From assembly GCA_010405405.1 (NCBI GenBank), contig MU004236.1, positions 1,866,070-1,930,069 of the forward strand: a stretch of DNA of 64,000 nucleotides, written 5' to 3'. The position numbers and the translations under genes are program-made. The notes beneath the pieces are model-generated. The model searched no databases. It saw nothing but the letters and a program-made list of their open reading frames with translations, and had not been told where the DNA came from. The stretch comes from Microthyrium microscopicum. Lineage: Eukaryota. Numbering within the stretch: the first letter of the stretch is position 1; each line of letters starts with the position of its first letter. Shown here piece by piece: positions 40,181 through 52,029 of the stretch.

Positions 40181-41234
40181 ATGTCGTTAACGAACTGTCG
40201 GTTCTACGAGGAGAAATATCCTGAGCTGGAGAGCTTTGTGATGGTCAAAGTCCAGCAGGTACGCATGACACGGCTCGCGCATGGCCAGCAATGACGAATT
40301 AATATTGGAACGATGGCTAACAAACAATAGATTGCCGAGATGGGTGCCTACGTCAAGCTACTCGAATACGACAACATCGACGGCATGATTCTGCTAAGCG
40401 AACTGTCGCGGCGTCGTATAAGATCTATCCAGAAACTCATCCGAGTTGGACGAGACGAAGTAGTGGTAGTTCTCAGAGTCGACAAGGAAAAGGGTGCATA
40501 CTTCAGAAGTCATGCCCAAACATCTTACTGACTTTGTCACAGGCTATATTGATCTCTCGAAGCGTAGAGTGTCCGCCGAGGACATTGTTCGATGCGAAGA
40601 GCGTTACAACAAGTCCAAAATGGTCCACTCAATAATGCGACACGTCGCAGAGCGGACCAACCTACCACTTGAGGAGCTCAACCAGGCCATTGCCTGGCCA
40701 CTCAATAAGAAGTTTGGCCACAGCATAGATGCTTTCAAGCTCTCTATAACCAACCCCGAAGTCTGGAACGATGTCACCTTTCCCTCAGACGCAGTCAAGC
40801 AAGAGCTTCAGTCCTACATCGGCAAGCGATTGACACCACAGCCCACCAAAGTCCGATCGGATGTTGAGGTCACCTGTTTCGGATACGAAGGTATCGATGC
40901 CATCAAAGCTGCTCTACGGAAAGCCGAGGAAAAGAATACCAAGGACAACATAGTCAAGGTCAAGCTTGTCAGTCCGCCACTCTATGTCCTGACTAGCCAA
41001 TGTCTGGACAAAAATCAAGGCATTGCAGTATTGGAGGAGGCGATCAAAGATGTTGAAGCATCCATTACGAAAGCTAATGGTCGCTTGGTGGTCAAGATGG
41101 CCCCGAAGGCAGTCACAGAGAGTGACGATGCTGAACTGCAGGCCCTCATGGCGAAACGTGAGAAGGAAGCTGAGCTCATCGATGGTGATGATGATGAGAG
41201 TGAGAGCGACGAGAATCCTATCCGCGAGGTTTAA
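40181..41234 (+). CDS. SUI2: Translation initiation factor eIF2 alpha subunit
   Basis: [47 protein letters not shown] (Ser51 context), [10 protein letters not shown]. Two introns. Confidence 0.98.
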
Positions 41235-42069
41235 CAGAACAACTCGACAACTGAAATCGTCATTACTAGATATTTCAGGCGAGATGATGGAAAAGTTGGA
41301 CATAGGCTGCATTATTACCAAGGGCTACATTAAGCTTGAAGCTATACCGTGAGTTCAAAGCTTACGGATGCATCATTTACGGTGTTCTAGTGCTTTTCTG
41401 TCATTAAGAAAACGATAAGGATCAATTCAATTATCAATAGCATTTTTATGCAAATTCCCTGTTCGCTCTTCACTTCCATCTTCAGTTGTCACTCAAACAC
41501 TCCCCATATATGGATAAGTTCGCCTTGAGGGACGCGGATAAGACAGTCGCTCAGGCCCATCGGATATACAGTCTACAGTCTATGGAACATGCTAAGATGG
41601 GTTAAGAATTCGAAAGTCACCACAGCATCATACCAGTTGGCAGCCGGGTGTAAGAGTGGTGCGACTCTATTCTTGTTCTTCCAGTCAATGCCGGCTTCAC
41701 TTGTCTTGAGCTGTAGCTCGAATAGGTATAATGTCGCGCTCGCTTTAAGCCTTGAATCTTATGACAGTGCCTCCGTTCTAAGTCTTTTCTTAGTAACAAA
41801 TCTTTGACTGGGATTCCAACCGACGTGCGGGTTGATGTCTCCTAGCGAGCTAGTGCTGACTTCAAAATCTAATCTCCTGCATCTAACCATGTTATAAGTG
41901 TGGTTGTGTCAGCACGGATCGTCTGGCTCTGCAACGGAATGAAGTAACCCGAAAAATTGCTCGCATGCTGTTAGCTAAATGAAAGTTATATCTCTTCCGT
42001 TTGAGACTTTCAACCCCAACTTCACAATCTTGTCCCATCATTTTTCCCCATTTCCTTGGTTCCAGAGAG

Positions 42070-43269
42070 ATGACGTCTCCAAAATTCCAGATTCCGGACG
42101 AATTTAAGTCACAGCTAACTTACACCGAGCCCCAAGACCCTCGAACGGAGCATGAGATCCTCGCTAGTATCTCCACATATCAGCGTATGACATCCGAGAA
42201 GAATATTTGGTGTTTCTGGAATTCTGGTCTCTCAAATATCCCTGCATGGTGCAGACGAAACATCGTAGACTGGGCGCGCATCAACGGCCCATCATGGACG
42301 ATTCGAGTCCTCGATACTGTTCCAGACTCTCCCAATCACATCTTCAAATATCTGCCCAAGGAAATCCTTCCAGAAGCAATGGTCAAGGGGACGATGAATG
42401 GCCCATACGTAGGACCACACAGCTCAGACTTCCTCCGCGGAGCAACACTCTACCAATACGGTGGTGTGTACATGGACGTTGGGATCATCCTCATCCGCCA
42501 GCTGGATCGCATGGGATGGGATCAGCTCGAAGATCCGACAAATCCACGACAAATCATAGTACCACAGATGTACGGCACTACGATCTCTAATTCGTGGGTG
42601 GCCAGTCGAAAGGGTGATCCGTTTATAAAGCGCTGGCATGACCTCTTCGTCTACTTGTGGAAGGACAAGACAAACTACGAAGGATTGATCACCCATCCAC
42701 TTCTGACGTTTGCGCAAACCATGGACTTTAGCGAGTCACAGAAGAAAGGTTATGCTTGGGAGTTCATCGTCGGACCTGTCACCGTCTTCGAGTACATCTC
42801 ACAAGTCCTCGCCTGGATGCGACTGTGCTCTCTAGAAGACGCTGGGGATGGTTTCAGTGGTGCGGAATACCAACGTGATCATATACTCTGGTATGATACG
42901 CTACCAGAGAATTGGAGCGCGGAGACTGTAGTCGGATACACAGGTCAAGCGTTATTCGATGCATTGAGCACAAGAACTGATATAGATCCTGATACGGAAG
43001 AATACAAAACGGCTTACAAGCTTGTATGGCGTATGCTGACGACAGCAAGCATGCAAAAAATTACACATGGGAAGAATCTTACGAAAACGCCGGCGCTGGG
43101 CCTACTGTGGGATGAGAAGGAAAATGAAGGGAAGGATAATGCGCCAGGCACGTTTGCGGAGCTACTTCGTCTTGGGAGTCGATACTCGTTCCAGAAAAGA
43201 CAGAGTATTGCGTTTGTGAAGACGGAAAAGCCGGCAGTGACTATGAAAAAGGGGTTGTTGGAGCCTTGA
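42070..43269 (+). CDS. Capsule-polysaccharide-synthesis-like / GT32-like DxD glycosyltransferase
   Basis: Intronless ORF with SEKNIWCFWNSG, WTIRVLD, HSSDFLRGATLYQYGGVYMDVG and PFIKRWH. Confidence 0.82.
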   Translation: MTSPKFQIPDEFKSQLTYTEPQDPRTEHEILASISTYQRMTSEKNIWCFWNSGLSNIPAWCRRNIVDWARINGPSWTIRVLDTVPDSPNHIFKYLPKEILPEAMVKGTMNGPYVGPHSSDFLRGATLYQYGGVYMDVGIILIRQLDRMGWDQLEDPTNPRQIIVPQMYGTTISNSWVASRKGDPFIKRWHDLFVYLWKDKTNYEGLITHPLLTFAQTMDFSESQKKGYAWEFIVGPVTVFEYISQVLAWMRLCSLEDAGDGFSGAEYQRDHILWYDTLPENWSAETVVGYTGQALFDALSTRTDIDPDTEEYKTAYKLVWRMLTTASMQKITHGKNLTKTPALGLLWDEKENEGKDNAPGTFAELLRLGSRYSFQKRQSIAFVKTEKPAVTMKKGLLEP

Positions 43270-43714
43270 TTTGGAATGAGTGGTACCACGCTTGTCTCTT
43301 GTTGCGGACGTCATCTGCTGAGATACATAGGAGTAATATAGAATTCGAAGGTCTATAGAGAGTTCAGTGTGCTTTTGAATGGACCTGCTTTCATGTTAAT
43401 GCGTTACAACAAATCCGATGTGCTTCTTGGCGAGTGGTGATAGCGAATTTGGTGTTGCATTGACATTGGCGAGACAGGGGTTGTGCCAAGACTTGCACCA
43501 AAACTGCAATGACGTTGATCTCTATTTCTCGTACTAACCATTCTAGGCCTGGTTCCTTCTCTCTGTATGAACGTGTCTGGTGATTGCCTCTACTACTAGA
43601 CGAGCCCTCAGCCGTTGATTTCTATCTGCTTCTTAATATGTTATTTTTCATGGCATAATTTGCCTTTGAATTTCTCTATCTTGTTTGTTGTTTATATGCA
43701 GAAGTATCCCAGTA

Positions 43715-46700
43715 ATGGCGGAAAGCCCCAGGAGCCCGCTGGTTGAATCCCAGCAGCTTCGTCTCGGCAACCTTGCGGCAGACTCGTACACGGCGCAGCG
43801 ATTAGTACGCTCCGCTTTTCTTCTTATAACCCATTGCTAACGCGTTTCTAACAGCAACATGCGACTCCGGAGCATCTGTATCGAACTTCACGTCGTCTCT
43901 TCATCGGACCTATACCTAAAGGCTGGCTCCGCAGTCATCGAAAGACATGGGTCGAGCAGAGCCTGAAACGAAACTATGGATCAAAGGTCGCGACTTTCAC
44001 TGCGAGTGATACTGTCACCCAACAAAGACGGCTGACTGGGCTGGGAGAGGATTCAAGTCAATCCACGAAGCCCAGCTTTCCTCGGCCAGATGATGCAGTG
44101 GAGGTTGATACTTCAGTTGAACAGTCCAGAGGCAGAAAGGGTGTAACAATCCGGCGTAGGGGTGATACGGATCAATCATCGGAGCCACTAGATGGTGCCG
44201 TTCCTTTATCACCGCCTCAGGTTGAAGGACCTCGAGACAAATCACCGCAGGCAACCTCGCCGTTGATCCAAATAACGCAGTCTCCGTCAATCCAGCCTGA
44301 TTCAAATAGTCCGGTGATTGGGTCAGGGAAGACTTCAACTTCTACGGAGGATCGTCGAGTTGCTCAAGTAGACAGTCATCCTGGAAGAGCGAGTAGTACG
44401 GCTCCCTTAATCTCAAGAGGCACAAATACAGACAATGCGAGAGTGCAATCAGGGCCCCGAGGTATTCTCTCCAAAGTGAAAAATGCTCGGCCGAGATCCC
44501 GTGAAGCTTCAACGCAAGACGTGTCACAGGCAGATATGCCCGACCCAGAAGCATCGCAGCCACGAAGAAAGAGCCATATCCGGTTTGACAAAGACATTGG
44601 CCAATCAGCACTCCTGATGAGAGCCAGAATGGAATCTACCGATATCAGGAACAAGGTATCCACTGCCTTGAAAAGGCGGTATACGGATGGAACCATTCTC
44701 AAAATGGAGAATATGCTCGTTCGGATGGACATATCGGCCCAAAGAAAGATTCCACACAACTACGACGAGAACACTAGCCAAGGCGTTGTATCTACTACCC
44801 AAAAGAAATGGAGAGAATACACAGTCGTCTGTCGGCAAAGTGGAAAGACTAGCGAAGCAAGCTATGTCTTGCAAGTCTACAAAAGTCGTGTCATTCCAGC
44901 AGCCGAGGAGGCACGATCGAAGAAACCGGAGTACGAGATACCTCTTGATAATCGACAGTCAAGGCTAAACATGTACTCATCACTGGACAAGACTCTTGTT
45001 CTATGGAACTCGAGCTCGCATGGAACCAAAATATATATCCTGCAAGCACGAGCGGCGTCGAGTGCTGTCGAATGGCTCACTTTCCTTCGAGGTCTAATGG
45101 GTTTTCATCGTCCTGCTGAAATCAGTATCCTCATTCCACAAGTCGGTCTCAGCTTGAGACTGGAGGATCCATTCCGGGTTATGACCCCAGATGAAGGCAC
45201 CTCCAGTGGCGACGAAGAAGAGCTCATGGCTTCAGCGCTATCAATGGAAGAGTCTGTGGCTCCAATGATGATCAAGCGATGTCTAGAGATGTTGTCGGGA
45301 AGTGATGATTGGGCAGCTATCATCGAATCATGGTCACGAGGGCAACGAATAGGACTTGCATGGAAACGCTATGACAGGCTTGAATGGGTTCACGGGATTC
45401 AAGAAAAGAAAATGTTTGGTACACTGGCCATGATACACACCCACGACCTGGAGCTTCGGCCTAAAGAGCACTATCCCATCACCGCGCGAACAAAGAAAGG
45501 CAAATTGCTCGACGAGCCTCCGCCAGTGGAAGGGTTTCTTATAAGACTGACATCAAAGACTGGCAAGCAAAAGAGCATGGGACGATATTTCTTCAAGCGA
45601 CTGTATTTTGCAACATTTGATCATTTCCTTATTTATTCTCGGCCCAACAATGCAAAGCCACCTGCTCCACCATCTCCGGAAGGCCTTAACCGTGGCTTAA
45701 CCTCTGAGGAGGTCTCCAAGACTGTACCCATCATCTATTCGGTTAATCCATATCCAGTGAATGACAACAAGATCAAGTGGCTCGAAAATTCGAATGCTCA
45801 AACCATTGAGCAGCATGATCAAGACGCGCTTGATGAGACGAGGAGGAAGGCCGATCTTCTGAAGAACTGTGATGGCTTCATCAATCTTTGTGACGTTGTC
45901 AAAGTACGTAAAGTTCATCATGAGCTCGACGGGAAAGAGATACAGGTACCAACAGAAGATTCGGAGGTTGATTCTGATGACGAAGCGATTGACAACCAGG
46001 AGGAGGGACAAGTAACCAGCATCGACGATAGCAAAACCATCGAGCTCTTACTAAAGAATGGTCTTGTCATCCGATTACGAGCATACGACGCACAAACCAA
46101 GAAAGAATGGAAGCGTCGTCTCCGTGCTTTGGTAAAGTACTGGCGTTGGCGTCATGCTGAAGACACTCAACTATATCACCAAATTCGCGATCAAAACCTA
46201 GAGCAACTCGGAGTTGATGAAGAAGGCGAGGCTTGGGTAGGACAATTTGCAACGAAATGGGAGCTCAGTCAAACCTATGCTTCAGGTCAACTCTACAACA
46301 TGTGCGGCATATCCTGCTGTCGCACTATTCACATGTCTGGTCCCCTATATTCCAAGCCTCGGGTCCATGGCAACTTTACGCTATCTCACTGCCTCTTGAT
46401 CCCGGGCTTTCTCCTCCTTTTCGAAAGCGCTCATCGCTCCACTAGCGGTAAAGTCATCCCCCACATCGACCACGACAAAAACAAAGAAATAGATCTCTCA
46501 GACTGCTATCTCTACACAGGTCTTCTCACCGAAGGAGATCTTCTCTACCGCAACACCACTTTCGACGCCAACTCGCCCGGCCACCACGCACTACCGCGCA
46601 TGTGGCCTGAAGATGCGTGGGACAATTGGGACGAAGATGTCATGACGTGCTTTGTCCTCTGGAAGCCGCAAGGCAAGAGCTGGTTCCGCGAGACTGGAGA

Positions 46701-46896
46701 AGGGAAGCGGGCACGACTCAAGCGTGTTAGCAAGCTGGGAAAGAAAGGTAATCGCATGGTGTTTCGGGCTAGAAGCCGGGCGGAACGCGATCATTGGGTT
46801 TTGGCGATTGCGGCGGAGATTGAGAGAGGTGCTGCACAGGCGGAATTCAGAATTACAGGGGCAAATGATCCAGGAGCGGATGTACAGGCAGAGTAG
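43715..46896 (+). CDS. SPO71: Sporulation PH-domain protein Spo71/Mug56
   Basis: Exon 1 ends SYTAQRL, intron ~43805-43854, then HATPEHL..SRRLFIGPIPKGWL, YSSLDKTL, LAWKRYDRLEW, EPPPVEGFLIRLT and VFRARSRAERDHWV. Confidence 0.88.
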
Positions 46897-47392
46897 AAGG
46901 AGACGATAATTGCTAATACTACATATTCTTGACTGATACTGCGCTCAGCCTTGCCTTCAGCCTTATGAAGTAAGAAGGGCCCAAGCTCCTGCCCGATTAT
47001 CAGGTAGCGCCTTAGAGGTACCCCACACCAAGGATCCACGCCTTGATCTGGACAGCTCACAAGCTTCTGAGCTTTTGATTTTGTTGCTGCCTCTTTCCAT
47101 TACTCCGACACACCAACTAAAACTCACTGCCAATCTCCTTTTCAATTTTACGGTATTCAGTTTGATACCGACAATCCAGAAAGTTACTCCGCATCCTCCT
47201 CCAAACACGTCAAGCGCCAAACCTCAGTGACCTCAACGCCATACTGCCCCTCAGCGCCTTCTATACCTCAGCCTAACACCAAGTTTCCATCCAATTCCCA
47301 CCGTACCAGGCATCGATTTTACATAAAATCATCCTCCTCTTCCTCTCTCCAGCTTCCAAAACCATCAAATCAACATCTTCCCTGCAACAACC

Positions 47393-48335
47393 ATGGCCGC
47401 CCTCATCGCGCTCTCCGATATTCCCACCATCCCCGTCCTCTACAAAACCAAGTGGCTCACCGTCGTGCCCACTCCCTCTCGCACCCCAAACGCCGTCTTC
47501 AACTCCAAAATTGCCATCATTCGTCACGATATCACCCGCCTACAAGTAGATAGCATCGTCAACGCAGCCAACGACTCCCTCCTCGGCGGCGGTGGAGTCG
47601 ACGGCGCTATCCACCGCGCAGCTGGCCCACGACTCTTCGATGAGTGCGAAACCCTCAATGGCTGCGACACTGGTAGCGCAAAAATCACCAACGGATACAA
47701 GCTACCAGCGAAGAAGGTCATCCATGCAGTTGGACCCGTATATTTCCGCGAGAAGGGACGTGGTCGGCATGAAATATTGCTACGGGGCTGCTATCGCAAG
47801 AGTCTAGAGTTGGCGGAGCAGAATGGGCTGAAGAGTATTGCGTTCAGCGCGCTGAGTACGGGAGTGTATGGATATCCGAGTGGAGAGGCGGCGGATGCGG
47901 CGATTAGTGAGGTGCGGAATTTCTTCGAGGAAGGCAAAGGAAAGGACTTTGAGCGCGTCGTGTTTTGCAACTTCATGGAGAAGGATGAGAAGGCGTATCA
48001 GGCTACTATGAGGTATGGTGATATCTACTTTACGAGCTTTTAAACTAACCTTTGATAGCAAGTATTTCCCGGATGCCAAAGACGGTGAGGGCGAGAAGAC
48101 TGAGGCCGAGGGATCCAAGGCGCCGAAGGTCAAGTCAATGTTAGACGTGGAGCCGGAGGAGATTGCTAAAGAGCTTCCTGATGTTCCGAAAGACGAGCCA
48201 TCTGCTGCCAATACATCCGGTCTCAAATCAGGCGATGTTACTGACGACGACTGGGTGGACGTCGGTAAGGATACTACTGTTCCCAAGAAGGCCACTGTCG
48301 AGGACGTTGAGGATGAGGATAACAAAAAGCACTAG
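47393..48335 (+). CDS. MacroD-type macrodomain protein (O-acetyl-ADP-ribose deacetylase / mono-ADP-ribosylhydrolase)
   Basis: [40 protein letters not shown] and STGVYGYP. Intron ~48013-48058; acidic C-terminal tail. Confidence 0.93.
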
Positions 48336-48557
48336 GGTGGAAGATGCTGCCAAGTCAGTTAAAGAAGTATCCCCAGCACTAGTAGTCTTATTTACGATCA
48401 AGAGGCGTAGTGGAGTCGGAATTACAAGGTTGGAGGATAAGGTTAGAAGACAACTGCAATCGGAATTATCAAAGGCGTTCATAGTCATACTACTTGATAG
48501 CTTTTTGATATCCAAATCGATGCTTTGATTATCAGAGTTTGCACTAGTTCCCATCGA

Positions 48558-50136
48558 CTACGAGTTTTCCAACACCACATCATCCAGGTTGATATGGTTA
48601 GGAGCTGCAGCAGCTTCATCTTCACTTCCTACACGTAATTGCGCATGTTCCTCCAAAACATGATTCAGTCCTTCCCTCTGTATACACTGACTAAACGCAA
48701 AGCTCTTCGCAGCACCATCCAACTCCTCCAAACTCGCTCCCTCAAACAATCTCGCAAACTCATCCTGTACAGCACCCGCCGTCCATATCTGCAACACCAA
48801 CCTCACAATCTGCCGATCTGTAGCCCATGGCGTCGGATACTGCTCCTTGCTCTCTGGTGCCTTTCTATCAATCCACTCCACCAACTGTCCCAATAGCCCC
48901 TCAATCTCCGGCGCCGGTCTACGACCCCACGCATCCAGTTGCATCTCCCTCTTGCGCTCCTGGAACGCTGCAATCCGCTGCATATACACGCTCTTGGGAT
49001 CACAGTATACCATTCCCTGGTATCCAATGTCCTTGTATAGCCAGATGCACCAGTGTATCTTATACCGATCGTATATCTTCAACTGTGCCGCTAAGAGATC
49101 ATAACGTGCCTGATTCACGCTCACTGCATCATCATCGCGCTCAGCGTCGGCGTAGACAGGGCCAAACTCGCCATTCCAGATCGGCACGCCGTGTTTATGC
49201 ATAAACTCCGCCTTTCTTAGAAACTGTCCTTCTAATTTCCTAACCTGCTCTTCCTTGCCCTCAAATCTCTCGCCCTTGGGAAAGCCCATACTGCTATAAT
49301 CATGCAGTGCATATACACAATTCGGCAGCACTCTATCGAAGCCGCGCCATTCCATCGCGAAGGTGTTGCCGTCCAGCCATAGTATGTGCTTTGAGTCGAT
49401 TGCGCGGATCCGCGGCTCGATGCGCTCGTAGAAGGCTGGGAGACGGACGTGTTGGGAATCGCACGGCTCATTGATGAGGTTGTAGCCGGCGATCCATGGA
49501 TTGGAGGCATAGTGCGTGGCGAGCTGTTCCCAGAGCCAGATGGCGCGGTCTTGGAAGTCTCGGTGGTCCCAGAAAGAGGCGTGGGAGGTTAGGTTGTCGG
49601 AGTGCCAGTCTGGGTTTTGGCCTCCGGGAAGAGCGTGGAGGTCGAGGATTGTGTAGATGTTGTGTTTGGCGCACTAGCTCTTGTCAGAAGTGATAGAAAC
49701 GGAAATTGAGTAAGGCTTACGAGCTCGATTACGCGGTCGAGATGTTTGAAGCCGGCTTCTTTGAGGACGCGAGGATTCATATCGTCTTCAAAGTGGTGAT
49801 AGTTGAAGCCTACACGTAAACAGTTGAGACCTTTGGAAGCGAAGAATCTGGCATCATCTTCGGTAAAGAAATATTCGAGGAATTTGTCAAAGAAGAAGTC
49901 GTATTTCTCTTGGCCGAGAACTTTGAGCATGGCTGCTCTGTGCTGAGTTTCGTGGCCTGGGAAGCCAGTGATGAAATTCTCCATGCTATGTTCAAGTCAG
50001 GATTTATTCTGTCATGTTCTATCAATGAGAGGACTTACTTCATCCATCCACCCAGTCCAGCTCCTCGGAGAATTACTGGCTTGTCGTCCTCTCCTACGAC
50101 TTGGGTGCCTTTCACGCGAAGAAATCCAGATGCCAT
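48558..50136 (-). CDS. Glycoside hydrolase family 5 (intracellular type)
   Basis: MASGFLRVKG..LRGAGLGGWM, NMENFITGFPG, DLHALPGGQNPDWHSDN, GYNLINEP (acid/base) and WNGEFGP (nucleophile). Two introns. Confidence 0.93.
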
Positions 50137-50667
50137 GTTGAGTACTCGGATAGACGTTTGTGTGCGATAGTCTATCGCTCTGCCTGTAGCATAGTGAACA
50201 TCAAAGAGAGCAAGAAGCTAGCATGCCATAGTCGCGATATCGGGTGGAGCTCCTCTCTGAGAGTGTACAACTACCATCCGCATCCTAGAACTCCATGCAT
50301 CTAGCAGGGATAGAAGCGGAGAAACTTATGATTGGTTCGGATACTGCCGAAAATCCCTGCAGCTGACCATTCAGCCAATCGTAGCTCATACACAACTTCT
50401 TCTCAGCCTTATGAAGTGAGAAGGCTGAATAGGGGCATGAACAATGCTTATTGAGCGTCTACGATCTTGCGAATAGTCACAGAATATATCATAAAGCAAA
50501 ATGTCAAAAACTTGTTTGATAATAGCCACCGTGAGATTCAGCCAAATAACATTTAGCTTCGAGCATTACAACTTTCCATGCTAATGCATCAGAGACAAGC
50601 TCATCTCACTAGTCAGAATATTGAACGCATGGCATGCACTGCATGATGGGCTAACAAGATCATCAGC

Positions 50668-51621
50668 TCAATCAATCTCCATGGCGTCCGCTCGCACTTG
50701 ACCTTGTGTGCCCGCTTGCGCTTCGACTTCCATTTGACTCTCTATATCTTTTTGGCCTTCTGCATCCATTTCATCTTGCACCTCTTCTTCTGCATCTTCA
50801 ATCTCATCCCATTCGAAGCCGATGTCTCGAAGCAGAGCAGGATCATCCCTATGAGGAAGAGAGCCCAAAATAAGCACCTTACCACCTTCGCGCTTCAGTG
50901 TATGCACATGCACTCCCTTGAGAGTACGCTTAAGCTCTGCCACTTTATCTGCTGACGCCTGCCGAACAAGCTCATCATCGTCGCCTAAAGGGGGTAGGTA
51001 TCTACCACATAGCATGACTTCAACGAACCCTTTTTGAAAGAAGCAACGGTGACCCTGCAATTCCCACGGAATCCAAGTTCCCGGACCTTTTCCTAACGCC
51101 CCTGGCTGCGGATTACATTCACATTCCTCCCGAACGCATGCATTGCAGACTGACATACTATCGCACTCGCGCCCATTCTGCTGACAAGCTACACAAGGAC
51201 GAGCGCGCATGACGACGTAGTTGCCAATGTACTCGATGTGGATTTTCTCGCGGCCGCCATGAGCCGGGCGCATAATTACTAGGCGACTGGCTTCTGAGTC
51301 GGTGCTGAGCTTAGTCTGCTGGTCGAGGCCGAGAAGAGTTGATTTGTAGCCTATGTCCGCTGCCTCAATGCGGTAGTGCAGTATTACAAAGAAGACGATG
51401 TAGCTCGCGTCTGGGTTGCATAGTTGTTGTTCTTCTGGAGACATATCTTCCAGGGGCTGAAGATTGAGGACTGTATGGAAAGCTGCTTTGTTGTATACGT
51501 TCTTGTTGCGGGTCTGTCTTCGGAGGACGGCAGGACTAGGTTTGTAGAAGTTGCGTAGAAAGGAGGTGCGTTGGCCTGTGCTCTTGACGACTTGGTCTTC
51601 TGGGCGGATGATGATATGCAT
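50668..51621 (-). CDS. Orphan protein with central Cys6 (Zn2Cys6-like) motif, paralog 1
   Basis: Intronless 317-aa ORF containing CVACQQNGRECDSMSVCNACVREECEC (C-x2-C-x6-C-x5-C-x2-C-x6-C). Colinear similarity to the adjacent ORF; acidic tail. Confidence 0.8.
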   Translation of the reverse strand: MHIIIRPEDQVVKSTGQRTSFLRNFYKPSPAVLRRQTRNKNVYNKAAFHTVLNLQPLEDMSPEEQQLCNPDASYIVFFVILHYRIEAADIGYKSTLLGLDQQTKLSTDSEASRLVIMRPAHGGREKIHIEYIGNYVVMRARPCVACQQNGRECDSMSVCNACVREECECNPQPGALGKGPGTWIPWELQGHRCFFQKGFVEVMLCGRYLPPLGDDDELVRQASADKVAELKRTLKGVHVHTLKREGGKVLILGSLPHRDDPALLRDIGFEWDEIEDAEEEVQDEMDAEGQKDIESQMEVEAQAGTQGQVRADAMEID

Positions 51622-52029
51622 GGTGGTGAGATCTCAGAAAACGATAATACGAGAACGTTGACGGGTACTGGATTGGCTGTGCAGAAACTGGTGGGATTAG
51701 CGAGGAAAATGAATCAGAGGAGCCTGAGAAAACTACAGCTTAAATGCAGACTGATATAGCTAAGGAAGTCACTGGTATGGCTGCTCACCTTGATATCGGT
51801 GACGGGCCACGGCTGTCGAGGTGTCAGCCCAGTAGATGGGTGTTGGTGCATGAATACAAAGAAAACATGAGAACATCACTTTGACTGTCAGAATATACAT
51901 AGCGCTATGATAGATAGTGTTGCCCATTACAAAACTGACACCGAAAATCAAGAACATCGAGATACCAACATATGAGAGAAAGAAGATGTTTTTCTTAAAA
52001 CCGCGCGATGTTTGCTGAATGCAGGCAAA

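Larger units (their letters stand above)
46957..50428 (+). repeat. Dispersed 22-bp direct repeat (copies at 46957-46978 and 50403-50424)
   Basis: TCAGCCTTATGAAGTAAGAAGG versus TCAGCCTTATGAAGTGAGAAGG, one mismatch. The second copy extends into a TCAGCCTT...AAGGCTGA inverted repeat. Confidence 0.7.
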
